A stretch of 36,002 bases of DNA from Pseudomonadota bacterium (GTDB taxonomy: Bacteria > Pseudomonadota > Alphaproteobacteria > Rhodospirillales > 2-02-FULL-58-16): assembly GCA_022572335.1 (NCBI GenBank), contig JACZWD010000002.1:1-36002 (forward strand), given 5' to 3'. The number at the start of each line of letters is the position of its first letter. Position 1 is the stretch's first letter. The position numbers and the translations under genes were made by a program. The notes under the pieces were generated by a model. The model was not told where the DNA came from. It ran no database searches and worked only from the letters and a program-made list of their open reading frames with translations. This document shows, piece after piece, positions 24,493-33,299 of the stretch.

Positions 24493-26097
24493 ATGGCTGA
24501 AACCGGCTGCAAGATCGGCCGCGTTGTCTCCGTTTCCGGGGCGCAGATCATCGCCCTGCTCGACGACCGCAAAAGCGGCAACGGTTCGGCGGACGTGCCG
24601 GCGACTCAGATCGGCGGTTTGGTCAAGATGCTCACCCCCGCCTCCACCGTGTACGGCATGGTCAGCGGCCTCAGCATCCCTATCCCGGCGCAGGACGAGG
24701 GCGCGAGCGAAATGAAGATCGCCGAGTTCGAAGCCATCGGTGAGTGCATGAACGACACCAACGGCGGCCCGGCCTCCTTCCGGCGCGGCGTTTCCGTTTT
24801 CCCGGAACTGGGTGACGACGTCTTCGCCACGACCCAGGAGGACCTGAGCCACGTTTACGCCCGTCCCGCGGTGCCGAGCATCGGCATCGGCACCGTCCAC
24901 CAGGACCGGTCGCTGCCCGCGTTCCTGCTCACCGACGATCTGTTGGGCAAGCATTTCGCCATCCTCGGCACCACCGGGTCGGGAAAGTCCTGCGCCGTTG
25001 CCCTGATCCTGCACGCGCTCCTGGAGCAGAATCCCAACGCCCACGTGGTGGTGCTCGACCCCCACAATGAATACGCCCATGCCTTCGGGGACATGGCCGA
25101 GGTCATCGACCCCGACACCCTGGAGCTCCCCTACTGGCTGCTCACCCTGGAGGAATTGGCGGAGGTCGCGCTGAGCAGCAAGGGCGACGAAAGGGCGGCC
25201 GACACCGCGGTCCTCAGCGAACTCATTCAGAAATGCAAACAGGAATTCCCCGGCAACGCGGACATCGCCGAGACCCTGACCGTGGACACGCCGGTCCCCT
25301 ACAGGCTGGGTGATTTCACCCGGCTTATCAACGAAGCCATGGGCAAGCTGGGGGGTAAGCCCGAGGCCCTGGCGCCGTACCAGCGGCTCAAGGCCCGGTT
25401 GGAGACCCTGGAGACGGACAGGCGTTTCGCCTTCATGTTCGAGGGCCTGAATGTGCGGGACAACATGGCGAAAGTCCTTTCGCGCATCTTCCGGGTGCCG
25501 GTGTCCGGCAAGCCCATCTCAATCATAAACCTGTCCGGCGTGCCTTCGGAGATCCTGAACGTGGTGGTTTCGGTGTTGTGCCGGATGACCTTCGACCTGG
25601 CGCTGTGGAGCGACGGCGCCGTGCCGACCCTCCTGGTGTGCGAGGAGGCGCACCGCTATGCGCCACAGGACATCGCGCTTGGCTTCGAGCCCACCAAGAG
25701 GGCCCTGTCGCGCATCGCCAAGGAGGGCCGCAAGTACGGGGTGTCCCTGTGCGTGGTGAGCCAGCGGCCCTCGGAGCTGGCCACCGACATCCTTTCCCAG
25801 TGCAACACGATTTTCGCGCTCCGCCTGAGCAACCAGAAGGACCAGGAGTTCGTGCAGAGCGCGATGTCGGAATGCACCGTCGGCCTCATCGACTCCCTGC
25901 CCTCGCTTCTCAACACCGAGGCCATCGTGGTCGGCGAAGGAGTCTCGGTGCCCATGCGCATGTGCTTCAACGATCTGCCCGAGGCGCGGCGGCCCTTGAG
26001 CGGAACCGCCGGGTTCTCGGCCGCCTGGCAGGAAGATCAGCAATCGGATACCTTCCTCGAGGAGATCGTCGCCCGCTGGCGCCGCCAGCGGCGGTAA
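24493..26097 (+). CDS. HerA/DUF87-type (FtsK-HerA superfamily) ATPase with N-terminal HAS-barrel-like domain
   Basis: GRVVSVSGAQIIALLD N-terminal barrel signature, HFAILGTTGSGKSCAV (Walker A), VVLDPHNEYA, TLLVCEEAHRY (Walker B), and GVSLCVVSQRPSEL. ATG at 24493 lies 9 nt after GGAG. 24478 and 24439 are alternative starts. Confidence 0.85.
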   Translation: MAETGCKIGRVVSVSGAQIIALLDDRKSGNGSADVPATQIGGLVKMLTPASTVYGMVSGLSIPIPAQDEGASEMKIAEFEAIGECMNDTNGGPASFRRGVSVFPELGDDVFATTQEDLSHVYARPAVPSIGIGTVHQDRSLPAFLLTDDLLGKHFAILGTTGSGKSCAVALILHALLEQNPNAHVVVLDPHNEYAHAFGDMAEVIDPDTLELPYWLLTLEELAEVALSSKGDERAADTAVLSELIQKCKQEFPGNADIAETLTVDTPVPYRLGDFTRLINEAMGKLGGKPEALAPYQRLKARLETLETDRRFAFMFEGLNVRDNMAKVLSRIFRVPVSGKPISIINLSGVPSEILNVVVSVLCRMTFDLALWSDGAVPTLLVCEEAHRYAPQDIALGFEPTKRALSRIAKEGRKYGVSLCVVSQRPSELATDILSQCNTIFALRLSNQKDQEFVQSAMSECTVGLIDSLPSLLNTEAIVVGEGVSVPMRMCFNDLPEARRPLSGTAGFSAAWQEDQQSDTFLEEIVARWRRQRR

Positions 26098-26251
26098 TCC
26101 GAACGCGACCAAACGCCTGTCCCGGCCATCCGCGCACGCACCACGGGCGCGTTTCGCCGTCGCCGCCCCGCAAACCGTGACCGGGGAAAGCCCCCCAACA
26201 TCCGGGTTGACTCGGGGACCGGCCTGGGCAGGGTCTTTGGCGGGGGGAGAA

Positions 26252-26710
26252 ATGCCGCGTACCTATCCCGATCGCCCCTTCGTCGGCGTCGGCGTGGTCG
26301 TCTGGCGCGACGACGAGGTGCTTTTGATCCGCCGCGCCAAACCGCCGCGCCAGGGGGAGTGGAGCCTGCCCGGCGGCGCCCAGAAACTGGGCGAGACCGT
26401 CTTCGACGCGGCCCGGCGGGAGGTGCTGGAGGAAACCGGGCTCACCATCGACGTCCTCGGCCTCGTGGACGTGGTGGATTCCATCCAGCGGGACGACACG
26501 GGACGGGTCCGCTATCATTACACCCTGGTCGACGTGTTCGCGGCCTGGCGGGCCGGCGAGGCGACGGCGGGCGACGACGCCGCCGAGGCCGCCTGGGTCG
26601 GCCTTGACGCGTTGCCGCCCTTGTGGTCGGAGACGGAACGCGTCATCCGCCTCGCCCATGAGAAGTGGACGGCGCTTGGGGTGGACCATCAAAAGGGTTT
26701 CCAGCGCTGA
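26252..26710 (+). CDS. Nudix hydrolase (152 aa)
   Basis: Nudix box GGAQKLGETVFDAARREVLEETGL. ATG at 26252 is preceded by GGGGGGAGA. Confidence 0.9.
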   Translation: MPRTYPDRPFVGVGVVVWRDDEVLLIRRAKPPRQGEWSLPGGAQKLGETVFDAARREVLEETGLTIDVLGLVDVVDSIQRDDTGRVRYHYTLVDVFAAWRAGEATAGDDAAEAAWVGLDALPPLWSETERVIRLAHEKWTALGVDHQKGFQR

Positions 26711-26715
26711 AACCC

Positions 26716-26735
26716 GGGCGCCGGCGGCGGCGCCC
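26716..26735. terminator. GC hairpin between convergent genes, possible bidirectional terminator
   Basis: GGGCGCC-ggcggc-GGCGCCC, a perfect 7-bp stem, followed by TTCCTT on the plus strand and GGGTTTC on the minus strand. Confidence 0.35.
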
Positions 26736-26739
26736 TTCC

Positions 26740-27696
26740 TTACCGCGCGTCGATCACCCAGGTCTTGCGCATGGCCTCGGCGACCGGCCGGAACAACGGG
26801 AACAAGCCGTCGGGTGCCGTATAGGACCACACGTGGACCACGGTTCCGGCGGGCCTGGGAACGACCACGGTCCACTGCCTGAACCGCTGGCCCCGTTCCG
26901 TGTAGGCGACCAGGAACTGGTGTCCCTGCAATCGCAAGCCTTTGTTCTCGTACGTGATGGGCCCCTCGCCGAAGTAGCCCACGTCGGTGGCGCCGGCGGC
27001 CCATTGGGACTTCAGGTCGGAGACCACGGCGGCGGCGGCCTGTCCGGAATCTCTGGCCGAGGGCGGCTCGACGTTCTGGATGCTGACCACGGCGTAGAAC
27101 GCTTCCGTCCCCTGCCTGCCGCTGAACGTCACCGTGTGCGCGGACGGCCTGGCGACGATCCACTGACGCGGATAATCGATGGAAAAGCCGAATTCCGGGT
27201 CGGCGAAACGCCGCGCGGCGGCGAGCGGCGGCGGCACGGCGGCACCCGGCGCAACGGGAGGACGCGCCGGTGCGGCCGGTGGCGGAGGACCGGGCCGCAC
27301 CGCCACCTCGGCGGCGGCGGGACGGAAGCTGGCGAGGACGCGGTCGAACACCGCCACCAAGCCGTCGAAGGCCCCGGGCGGGGCGATGAACATGAAGACG
27401 AAATCGGTTTCCCGCCCCCGCGCAACGACCACCCGCGTGCGTATGCCGGTGCCCTCATAGGGCACGGCGCGGGCGGGCAGGCCGCCGACGGTGATCGACC
27501 CTTCCTCCACCTTCCGCGACCAGGGTTTTCCGTCGCCCAGATAGGTGGCCTCCAGCCTGGCCGTCATGCCCATGAGGCTCACGTCGGCGTTGACGGCTCC
27601 CGTCTGCACGTTGATGACGTACCCGCTCGGCGACTGAATGACGACATCGAACTTCTTCCCCTTTTCGATCACCCGCGCCCACGGCGGCACGCGCAA
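26740..27696 (-). CDS. Hypothetical two-domain protein with Pro/Ala linker; possibly frameshifted (see findings)
   Basis: 318-aa ORF starting at a TTG with no SD. It has two similar beta-rich halves separated by RPGPPPPAAPARPPVAPGAAVPPP. I recognise no family with confidence, though there is a vague PsbP/DcrB-like flavour. Confidence 0.6.
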   Translation of the reverse strand: MRVPPWARVIEKGKKFDVVIQSPSGYVINVQTGAVNADVSLMGMTARLEATYLGDGKPWSRKVEEGSITVGGLPARAVPYEGTGIRTRVVVARGRETDFVFMFIAPPGAFDGLVAVFDRVLASFRPAAAEVAVRPGPPPPAAPARPPVAPGAAVPPPLAAARRFADPEFGFSIDYPRQWIVARPSAHTVTFSGRQGTEAFYAVVSIQNVEPPSARDSGQAAAAVVSDLKSQWAAGATDVGYFGEGPITYENKGLRLQGHQFLVAYTERGQRFRQWTVVVPRPAGTVVHVWSYTAPDGLFPLFRPVAEAMRKTWVIDAR

Positions 27697-27915
27697 TGGC
27701 GGAATGAACCAGCGCCGCGGCCAAACGGCCCGCCACTGCTCGGCGCATGGGAACCTCCGTTTTTCGATGCCGCTTCCACCAAAAGGCTATCACGGGCAGC
27801 GACGGGTACGCAGCCCTTCTGAAGCGCGGAACACGCCCCGGCCCAACAGACATTCGTTTCGGCGGCGAAACTCCGTTATCATGGCTGCCCTGAAAGAGTG
27901 CCTGAAGGTCGTTCC

Positions 27916-28440
27916 ATGGCTACCACGGCGTTGATCTCCATCCTTTGTCCCGACCGCATCGGACTCGTGGCGGCGATCGCCGGCCGGCTGTTCGATCTGG
28001 GCGGGAATCTGGCCGACACCACGTTTGCGGTGCTCGGAGGCGGCGCCGAGTTCACGGCGGTGTGCGAGTTTCCCGAGGGCGTTGCACCGGAAACGATCGA
28101 GGCCGAGCTTCGCGGCCTGCCCGAGCTCGAGGGCGCCGACGTCACGGTTTCCTCTTTCGACCTGGCGCCGGTGCATGGGCCGTTGGGCCACGTCACGCAC
28201 CGGATCACCGTCAGCGGCGGTGACCGCCCGGGATTGATCGCCCGCCTGTGCGAAGTCTTCGTCCAGTTCGAGGCCAACATCGTCCGTCTGAACGCGGAGA
28301 GAATCCCCGGGCCGCACAACGACGAGTACGTGGTGAACGTTGCGATCTCGATTCCCGACGCGAGCGCCCGCTCCTGCCTTGCGACCGTCACCAATACGGC
28401 GGGCGAGCTGGGCCTGTCGTGCCATTGGGAAGAGGTCTAG
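27916..28440 (+). CDS. Tandem ACT-domain protein (glycine cleavage system regulator GcvR-like)
   Basis: Two ACT-like units: ALISILCPDRIGLVAAIAGRLFDLGGNL and HRITVSGGDRPGLIARLCEVFVQFEANI. ATG at 27916. Confidence 0.75.
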   Translation: MATTALISILCPDRIGLVAAIAGRLFDLGGNLADTTFAVLGGGAEFTAVCEFPEGVAPETIEAELRGLPELEGADVTVSSFDLAPVHGPLGHVTHRITVSGGDRPGLIARLCEVFVQFEANIVRLNAERIPGPHNDEYVVNVAISIPDASARSCLATVTNTAGELGLSCHWEEV

Positions 28441-28844
28441 GGACCGCCGTTCGGGAATATTGGTATACGGCCCGGCGTGTCCGCTCCGCCGGCGAAAGAG
28501 GGGCCGAAACCTATCCGTTGGTACAAGTGTCCTGTCCCAGAGATTCGTGCACTATACGATCGTTTTTCCCGTTTCCCCGGCAGGAGGGGACGCGGCGGCG
28601 ATGCGGCGCCATCGGCAAGCGTTCCCGACGCCCCGAGGGGGCGGGTAAAAGACGTCATCGGGCGCGGGCTTTGCGCCGAGGTGGCGTGGCGCGGGAAAGA
28701 CCACGGGGGGCTCAGGTTCACCGGCAGGCCCCACGAGGTCGCAGAGACCATGGCCGGACTCCTGCCCTGGGCCGTCCTTGACCCCGCCCTGTATTATTAG
28801 TGAGGGACTCGTGAGGAGCCCCGGCGGGGCGGGCAAAACCGCCC

Positions 28845-30590
28845 TCAGGCGCATTGCAGTAAATTTTCCTTGAGAAATCCGGTCATCTCTTCCGCCGGCA
28901 TGGGCGGACTGAAGAGATGGCCCTGCATTTCGTCGCACCGGTACTCGCGCAGGATGGAAAGCTGCTCCGCGGTCTCCACCCCCTCGGCGATGACCTTCCG
29001 GTTGAGGCTGTGCCCGATGGTGATGATCGCCTTGATGAGCTCCACGTCGTCCGGGTCGGTGGCGAGGTCGGCAATGAAGGAACGGTCGATCTTGATGGTG
29101 TCGATGGGAAAGCGCTTGAGGTAGCTCAGCGAGGAATACCCGGTGCCGAAGTCGTCCATGGACAGCCGGATGCCCATCTCGTGCAATGCGCCGAGGGCGC
29201 GCACGCTTTTCGCCGTGTCCGCCATCAGCATGCTTTCCGTGATCTCCAGCTCCAGGCCGGCGGCGTCGACGCCGGTTTCCCGCAGTACCTTGCCGACGAC
29301 GGACACGAAGGACGATTCGCGGAGCTGGCGGGCGGACAAATTGACGGCGACGCACATTGGCGGCATCCCGGCTTCGTACCACGCCTTGTGCTGGAGGCAC
29401 GCGGTCCTGATGGCCCATTCGCCCACCTCCACGATCTGGGCGGTCTCCTCCAGGACGGGAATGAACTGAGCGGGCGGCACCCGGCCCAGGGCGGCGGAGT
29501 CCCAGCGCATCAACGCTTCGACGCCCGTGATACGGCCGCTGAGGATATTCACCTTGGGCTGGTAGTGGAGGGTGAATTCACCCCGCTCCAGGGCCTTGCC
29601 CAGGCCGTTCCTGATGACCAGGCGTTGCCGGAACTCCTCGTTCAGGGCGCTGGTGAAGGACTGGTAGTTGGCGCGCCCCTCGTTCTTGGCGCGATCCATG
29701 GCGGTATCGGCGTTCTTCAGCAGATCGCCGGCGTCGGTCGCATCGTCCGGGTAGACGGTGATGCCGATGCTGGCCGAGACCCATTCCTCGTGGCCCTCCA
29801 GATCGAACGGCCGGGCAAGGGAATCGAGGGCGCGCTGGGCCAGGCGGGAGATGTGCCGGGCGTCCTTCAGGTTGGGCATGATGATGGTGAACTCGTCGCC
29901 GCCCAGCCGCGCCACCGTGTCGCTGGCGCGCGCGCAGGCATCCAGGCGCGCCGACGCCTCCTTGAGCAACAGATCGCCGAACGCGTGGCCCAGGGTGTCG
30001 TTGATCAGCTTGAACCGATCCAGGTTGATGAATAAAAGCCCCAGTTTCGTGCCCGTGCGATTCGCCTGGGCCAGGGCCTGGTCCAGGCGGTCGAGGAACA
30101 GGAACCGGTTGGGCAGCCCGGTGAGGGTATCGTAGTTGGCTTGGTAGTGGATGCGCTCTTCATCCTCCTTGTGCCGGGTGATGTCCGCGGTCACGGCGAC
30201 GTACCGCTCGACCTCGCCCCTGTCCCCGGTAATGGCCGAAACGGTCAGGCTTTCGGCGTAGTCGTCGCCGGTCTTGCGTTTGCTCCACACCTCTCCCTGC
30301 CACGTACCATGCGTCTTCAAGACCTTCAGCATCGCGGCGTGCCGGCCGCCCTTCTTCTTCAGGGCGGCGTGGAAGGGCGGGCGCTTGCCCATGACATCGA
30401 CCAGGGGGTAGCCGGTGATGGCCGTGAACGCCGGGTTGACGGCGGTCACCCGGAACCTCGCATCCATGATGACCACGGCCTCGCGCATGGTGTCCATCAC
30501 CTTGGCGGACACCTGCAGCATCTCGGCGCTGCACGTCGCCGGGCGCGGCGGGCTCGTCCCGGCGGACCTTTTCAGAGCCAGAATAGCCAT
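28845..30590 (-). CDS. PAS-GGDEF-EAL signalling protein
   Basis: PAS region (REAVVIMDARFRVTAVNPAFTAITGY...WQGEVWSKRKTGDDY), RLGGDEFTIIM (GGDEF), EALMRWD (EAL), LELEITES, and DDFGTGYSSL. ATG at 30590 chosen; the upstream 62 codons are Arg/Gly-rich. Confidence 0.9.
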   Translation of the reverse strand: MAILALKRSAGTSPPRPATCSAEMLQVSAKVMDTMREAVVIMDARFRVTAVNPAFTAITGYPLVDVMGKRPPFHAALKKKGGRHAAMLKVLKTHGTWQGEVWSKRKTGDDYAESLTVSAITGDRGEVERYVAVTADITRHKEDEERIHYQANYDTLTGLPNRFLFLDRLDQALAQANRTGTKLGLLFINLDRFKLINDTLGHAFGDLLLKEASARLDACARASDTVARLGGDEFTIIMPNLKDARHISRLAQRALDSLARPFDLEGHEEWVSASIGITVYPDDATDAGDLLKNADTAMDRAKNEGRANYQSFTSALNEEFRQRLVIRNGLGKALERGEFTLHYQPKVNILSGRITGVEALMRWDSAALGRVPPAQFIPVLEETAQIVEVGEWAIRTACLQHKAWYEAGMPPMCVAVNLSARQLRESSFVSVVGKVLRETGVDAAGLELEITESMLMADTAKSVRALGALHEMGIRLSMDDFGTGYSSLSYLKRFPIDTIKIDRSFIADLATDPDDVELIKAIITIGHSLNRKVIAEGVETAEQLSILREYRCDEMQGHLFSPPMPAEEMTGFLKENLLQCA

Positions 30591-30892
30591 CACGGGTCCC
30601 GTGTCTCCACGTCCCGGCCAGCCGGGAGGGCGCGCCCGGCGGCGGCCCACGGATTCTTTCCGTGCGTCATCCCCTCCCCCTGCGACGCCATGGGTACGCC
30701 CGAGGTGGCGGGCAAAGCCGGCCTGAACTACAGTATTTTGCGGGGTATACCATAAATTGTAGTATCTCTTCCCCAACCTACTACTTTTAGCCTGCCAAAA
30801 GGCGCACCCGGGGGCAAGGCCCGCGCCGGATCGGTGCCGGCCGTTTCCTGTCCGCCACCGCCTTTCCCCATAACAACAAAATATGAATAAAT

Positions 30893-30921
30893 GAAAAACG
30901 GCGCGCCCCGGGCGTCCGGGG
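30893..30921 (-). terminator. Putative Rho-independent terminator after tusA
   Basis: The minus strand reads CCCCGG-acgc-CCGGGG, then cgcgccg, then TTTTTCATTTATTCATATTTTGTTGTT. Confidence 0.45.
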
Positions 30922-30976
30922 AATCCGGCCGCCTGTACGGATTCGACACCGACCCGGCGGGGTGACCACGGAATCG

Positions 30977-31201
30977 TCAGGCGCGTTTCTTGATCAGGAA
31001 CGTGTAGACACCGTTTTCCTCGGTGCTGTCGACGAGTTCGTCGCCCGTGGCGCGGCAGAAGGCCTCGAAGTCCTGCACGGCGCCGGGATCGGTGGCGAGC
31101 ACCGTCAGCGTATCCCCGGCGGCGATGTCCTTGAGCGCCCGCTTGGCCTTCAGGACCGGCAACGGGCAGTTCAGTCCCTTGGTGTCGAGCACCGTCGTCA
31201 C
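30977..31201 (-). CDS. tusA: Sulfurtransferase TusA-family protein (SirA-like, 74 aa)
   Basis: LDTKGLNCPLPVLKAKRALKDIAAGDTLTVLATDPGAVQDFEAFC has the CPxP active-site motif. GTG at 31201 lies 8 nt after GAGG. The longer 105-aa ORF has a junk-like N-terminus. Confidence 0.8.
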   Translation of the reverse strand: MTTVLDTKGLNCPLPVLKAKRALKDIAAGDTLTVLATDPGAVQDFEAFCRATGDELVDSTEENGVYTFLIKKRA

Positions 31202-31278
31202 GGCGTGTACCTCATTTTTGGTCGGGCGGGCCGGACAAACGCGTACCGTGCCCCCGGGCCGGCCTCGAACGGGCCGCC

Positions 31279-31307
31279 ATTCTACAGCAAGCATCGGGGC
31301 TTGTAAT
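31279..31307 (-). promoter_or_regulatory. Candidate extended -10 promoter for tusA
   Basis: The minus strand reads ATTACA, then 17 nt (ending in TG), then TAGAAT. It lies about 75 nt upstream of the tusA GTG. Confidence 0.35.
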
Positions 31308-31413
31308 CTTTGCCGGGCGTCGCCCGGCTGCCCGCTCTTCGCCGATTCCGGTACCGGGCACGGGCCTGGGACCCACCGGAAAATATCTCCCGGCCCGTCG
31401 TCAAATCCTTGTG

Positions 31414-31442
31414 TTGACAGAGACTTTGGATTACATTAGAAG
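31414..31442 (+). promoter_or_regulatory. Candidate promoter for the tauE operon
   Basis: TTGACA (31414-31419), a 17-nt spacer, then TAGAAG (31437-31442), inside an AT-rich patch. This implies a leader of about 170 nt before ATG 31617. Confidence 0.35.
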
Positions 31443-31616
31443 CCTCTAACTTATTATACCGAAACGGTAATTCCACACGGTCCGGAGATTTCGCCGGGCC
31501 GGGAAGTATGTTGAGCATCGTATTCACCGTCGCCAGGCAATGCCCCGGATACCCCGTCCGGGCGGGGCGGCGGAATGCCCGCCACGTAGCCGTCCGGACA
31601 TAAGGCACCGGCGCCG

Positions 31617-32531
31617 ATGCAGATCTACCTCCCCATCGCCGAGATGTCCGTAAACGTGTTTCTCATCCTCGGCATGGGAGGCGGGGTGGGTTTTCTTTCC
31701 GGGTTGTTCGGAGTCGGCGGCGGCTTCCTGATGACGCCGTTGCTGATCTTCATCGGCATTCCGCCGGCCGTCGCGGTCGCCACCGAGGCCAATCAGATCG
31801 TCGCGTCGTCCGTTTCCGGCGTCCTCGCCCATTGGCGACGCGCCAACGTCGATGTCAAGATGGGCCTGACCCTGCTGGCGGGCGGCATCGTCGGTTCTTC
31901 CTTCGGCGTATGGCTGTTCACGATTCTGCGCGGTCTCGGGCAGATCGACTTGGTGATCAAGCTCTCCTACGTGGTTTTCCTGAGCGTCATCGGCGTCTTG
32001 ATGCTGTCCGAGAGCGCACGGGCCCTGATGCGCGTCAAGCGCCAGATTCGCCGCAAGCGGCACTATCACTATTGGATCCACGGCCTGCCCCTGAAGATGC
32101 GTTTCCGCCGCTCGCGCCTGTATATCAGCGCCCTGCTGCCCATTGGCATCGGCTTCCTGGTCGGGGTGCTGTCGGCGATCATGGGGGTGGGCGGCGGTTT
32201 CGTCATGGTCCCGGCGATGATCTACCTGCTCGGCATGCCGACGGTGGTGGTTGTCGGCACCTCGCTGTTTCAGATCATCTTCGTGACCGCCAATGTCACC
32301 ATCCTGCAGGCCGTCCACAACCAGACGGTGGACGTGGTCCTGGCGCTGATTTTGCTCACCGGCGGCGTCATCGGGGCGCAGATAGGCGCCCGGGCGAGCG
32401 GCCGGCTGCAGGGCGAGCACCTGCGCGGGCTGCTCGGGCTCATGGTTATCGCCGTCTGTGCAAAGCTGACCTACGATCTGGTGATCACGCCGCTGGATCT
32501 GTTTTTCCTTGGCGGCGTGGTGGCGAACTGA
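31617..32531 (+). CDS. TauE/SafE-family (DUF81) anion exporter/permease
   Basis: Polytopic membrane protein with the duplicated G(V/M)GGGF(L/V)M(T/V)P motif: GVGGGFLMTPLL and GVGGGFVMVPAM. Confidence 0.9.
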   Translation: MQIYLPIAEMSVNVFLILGMGGGVGFLSGLFGVGGGFLMTPLLIFIGIPPAVAVATEANQIVASSVSGVLAHWRRANVDVKMGLTLLAGGIVGSSFGVWLFTILRGLGQIDLVIKLSYVVFLSVIGVLMLSESARALMRVKRQIRRKRHYHYWIHGLPLKMRFRRSRLYISALLPIGIGFLVGVLSAIMGVGGGFVMVPAMIYLLGMPTVVVVGTSLFQIIFVTANVTILQAVHNQTVDVVLALILLTGGVIGAQIGARASGRLQGEHLRGLLGLMVIAVCAKLTYDLVITPLDLFFLGGVVAN

Positions 32532-33277
32532 TGCGCAAGGTTAAAAATCTCCTGGCGGGCGTCGTGCTGTTGGCGGCGGCAACACCGGCCTACGCCGCCG
32601 AAGAGCTGGTGGTGGACCTGTCCAGTTCCGTGGTGGAGATCACCGCCGGCTTCGTCGGCTCCGAGCTTCTGCTGTTCGGCGCCACCGACGGCGAAGGCGA
32701 CGTGGTGGTCATCGTGCGCGGCCCCTTGCGCGATGAAATCGTGCGCCGCAAGGAACGGGTCGCCGGCATCTGGGTCAACCGGGACGAACTGGTCTTCACC
32801 GGCGTGCCGGCCTTTTACGCGGTGGCCAGCAACAGGCCGATGGAGGAATTCCTCCCCGAGGCCGTGGCCGCCAAGAACTGGATCGGGTTGGAAAATCTGT
32901 TGCTCCTGCCCCATTGGAAACAGCCGTACGCGGAGGACTACGATTCCTTCCGTGCGGCCCTCATCCGCAACAAGCAGCGCCAGGGCCTGTACAGCCTCCA
33001 GCCGGGCAACGTCATCTTTCTGAGCAGCCGGCTGTTCCGCACCAAGATCCGCTTTCCCACCACCGTGTCCGTTGGCACCTACGGTGTCGACGTCTACCTG
33101 GTTCGCGACGGCAACATCGTGACCGTCGACACCACCCTGCTGAACGTCAGGAAAGTCGGGTTCGAGGCGGGCGTCTTCGACTTTGCCCACCGCCATTCCC
33201 TGGCCTATGGAGTTCTTGCCATTTTCATCGCGGCGGTGGCAGGATGGCTGGCCAGTGTCATGTTCCGCAAGTCCTGA
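32531..33277 (+). CDS. Conserved alphaproteobacterial TM protein (Alph_Pro_TM / TIGR02186-like, from memory)
   Basis: The ATG overlaps the tauE stop by 1 nt (TGATG). It has a signal peptide (MRKVKNLLAGVVLLAAATPAYA) and a C-terminal TM helix (LAYGVLAIFIAAVAGWLASVMF). The family assignment is from recollection only. Confidence 0.7.
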   Translation: MRKVKNLLAGVVLLAAATPAYAAEELVVDLSSSVVEITAGFVGSELLLFGATDGEGDVVVIVRGPLRDEIVRRKERVAGIWVNRDELVFTGVPAFYAVASNRPMEEFLPEAVAAKNWIGLENLLLLPHWKQPYAEDYDSFRAALIRNKQRQGLYSLQPGNVIFLSSRLFRTKIRFPTTVSVGTYGVDVYLVRDGNIVTVDTTLLNVRKVGFEAGVFDFAHRHSLAYGVLAIFIAAVAGWLASVMFRKS

Positions 33278-33299
33278 ACGAGCTGAAACGGCAACACCC

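Noticed and set aside
28441-28844. Looked for tmRNA, RNase P, SRP/4.5S or 6S RNA hallmarks in the large convergent spacer.
   Set aside because: I found no GGTTCGA-type T-arm with a CCA end, no GAGGAAAGTCC-like RNase P P4 element, and no SRP GGAA/AGCA domain-IV motif by eye. The region is kept only as an unexplained region, not as a called ncRNA.
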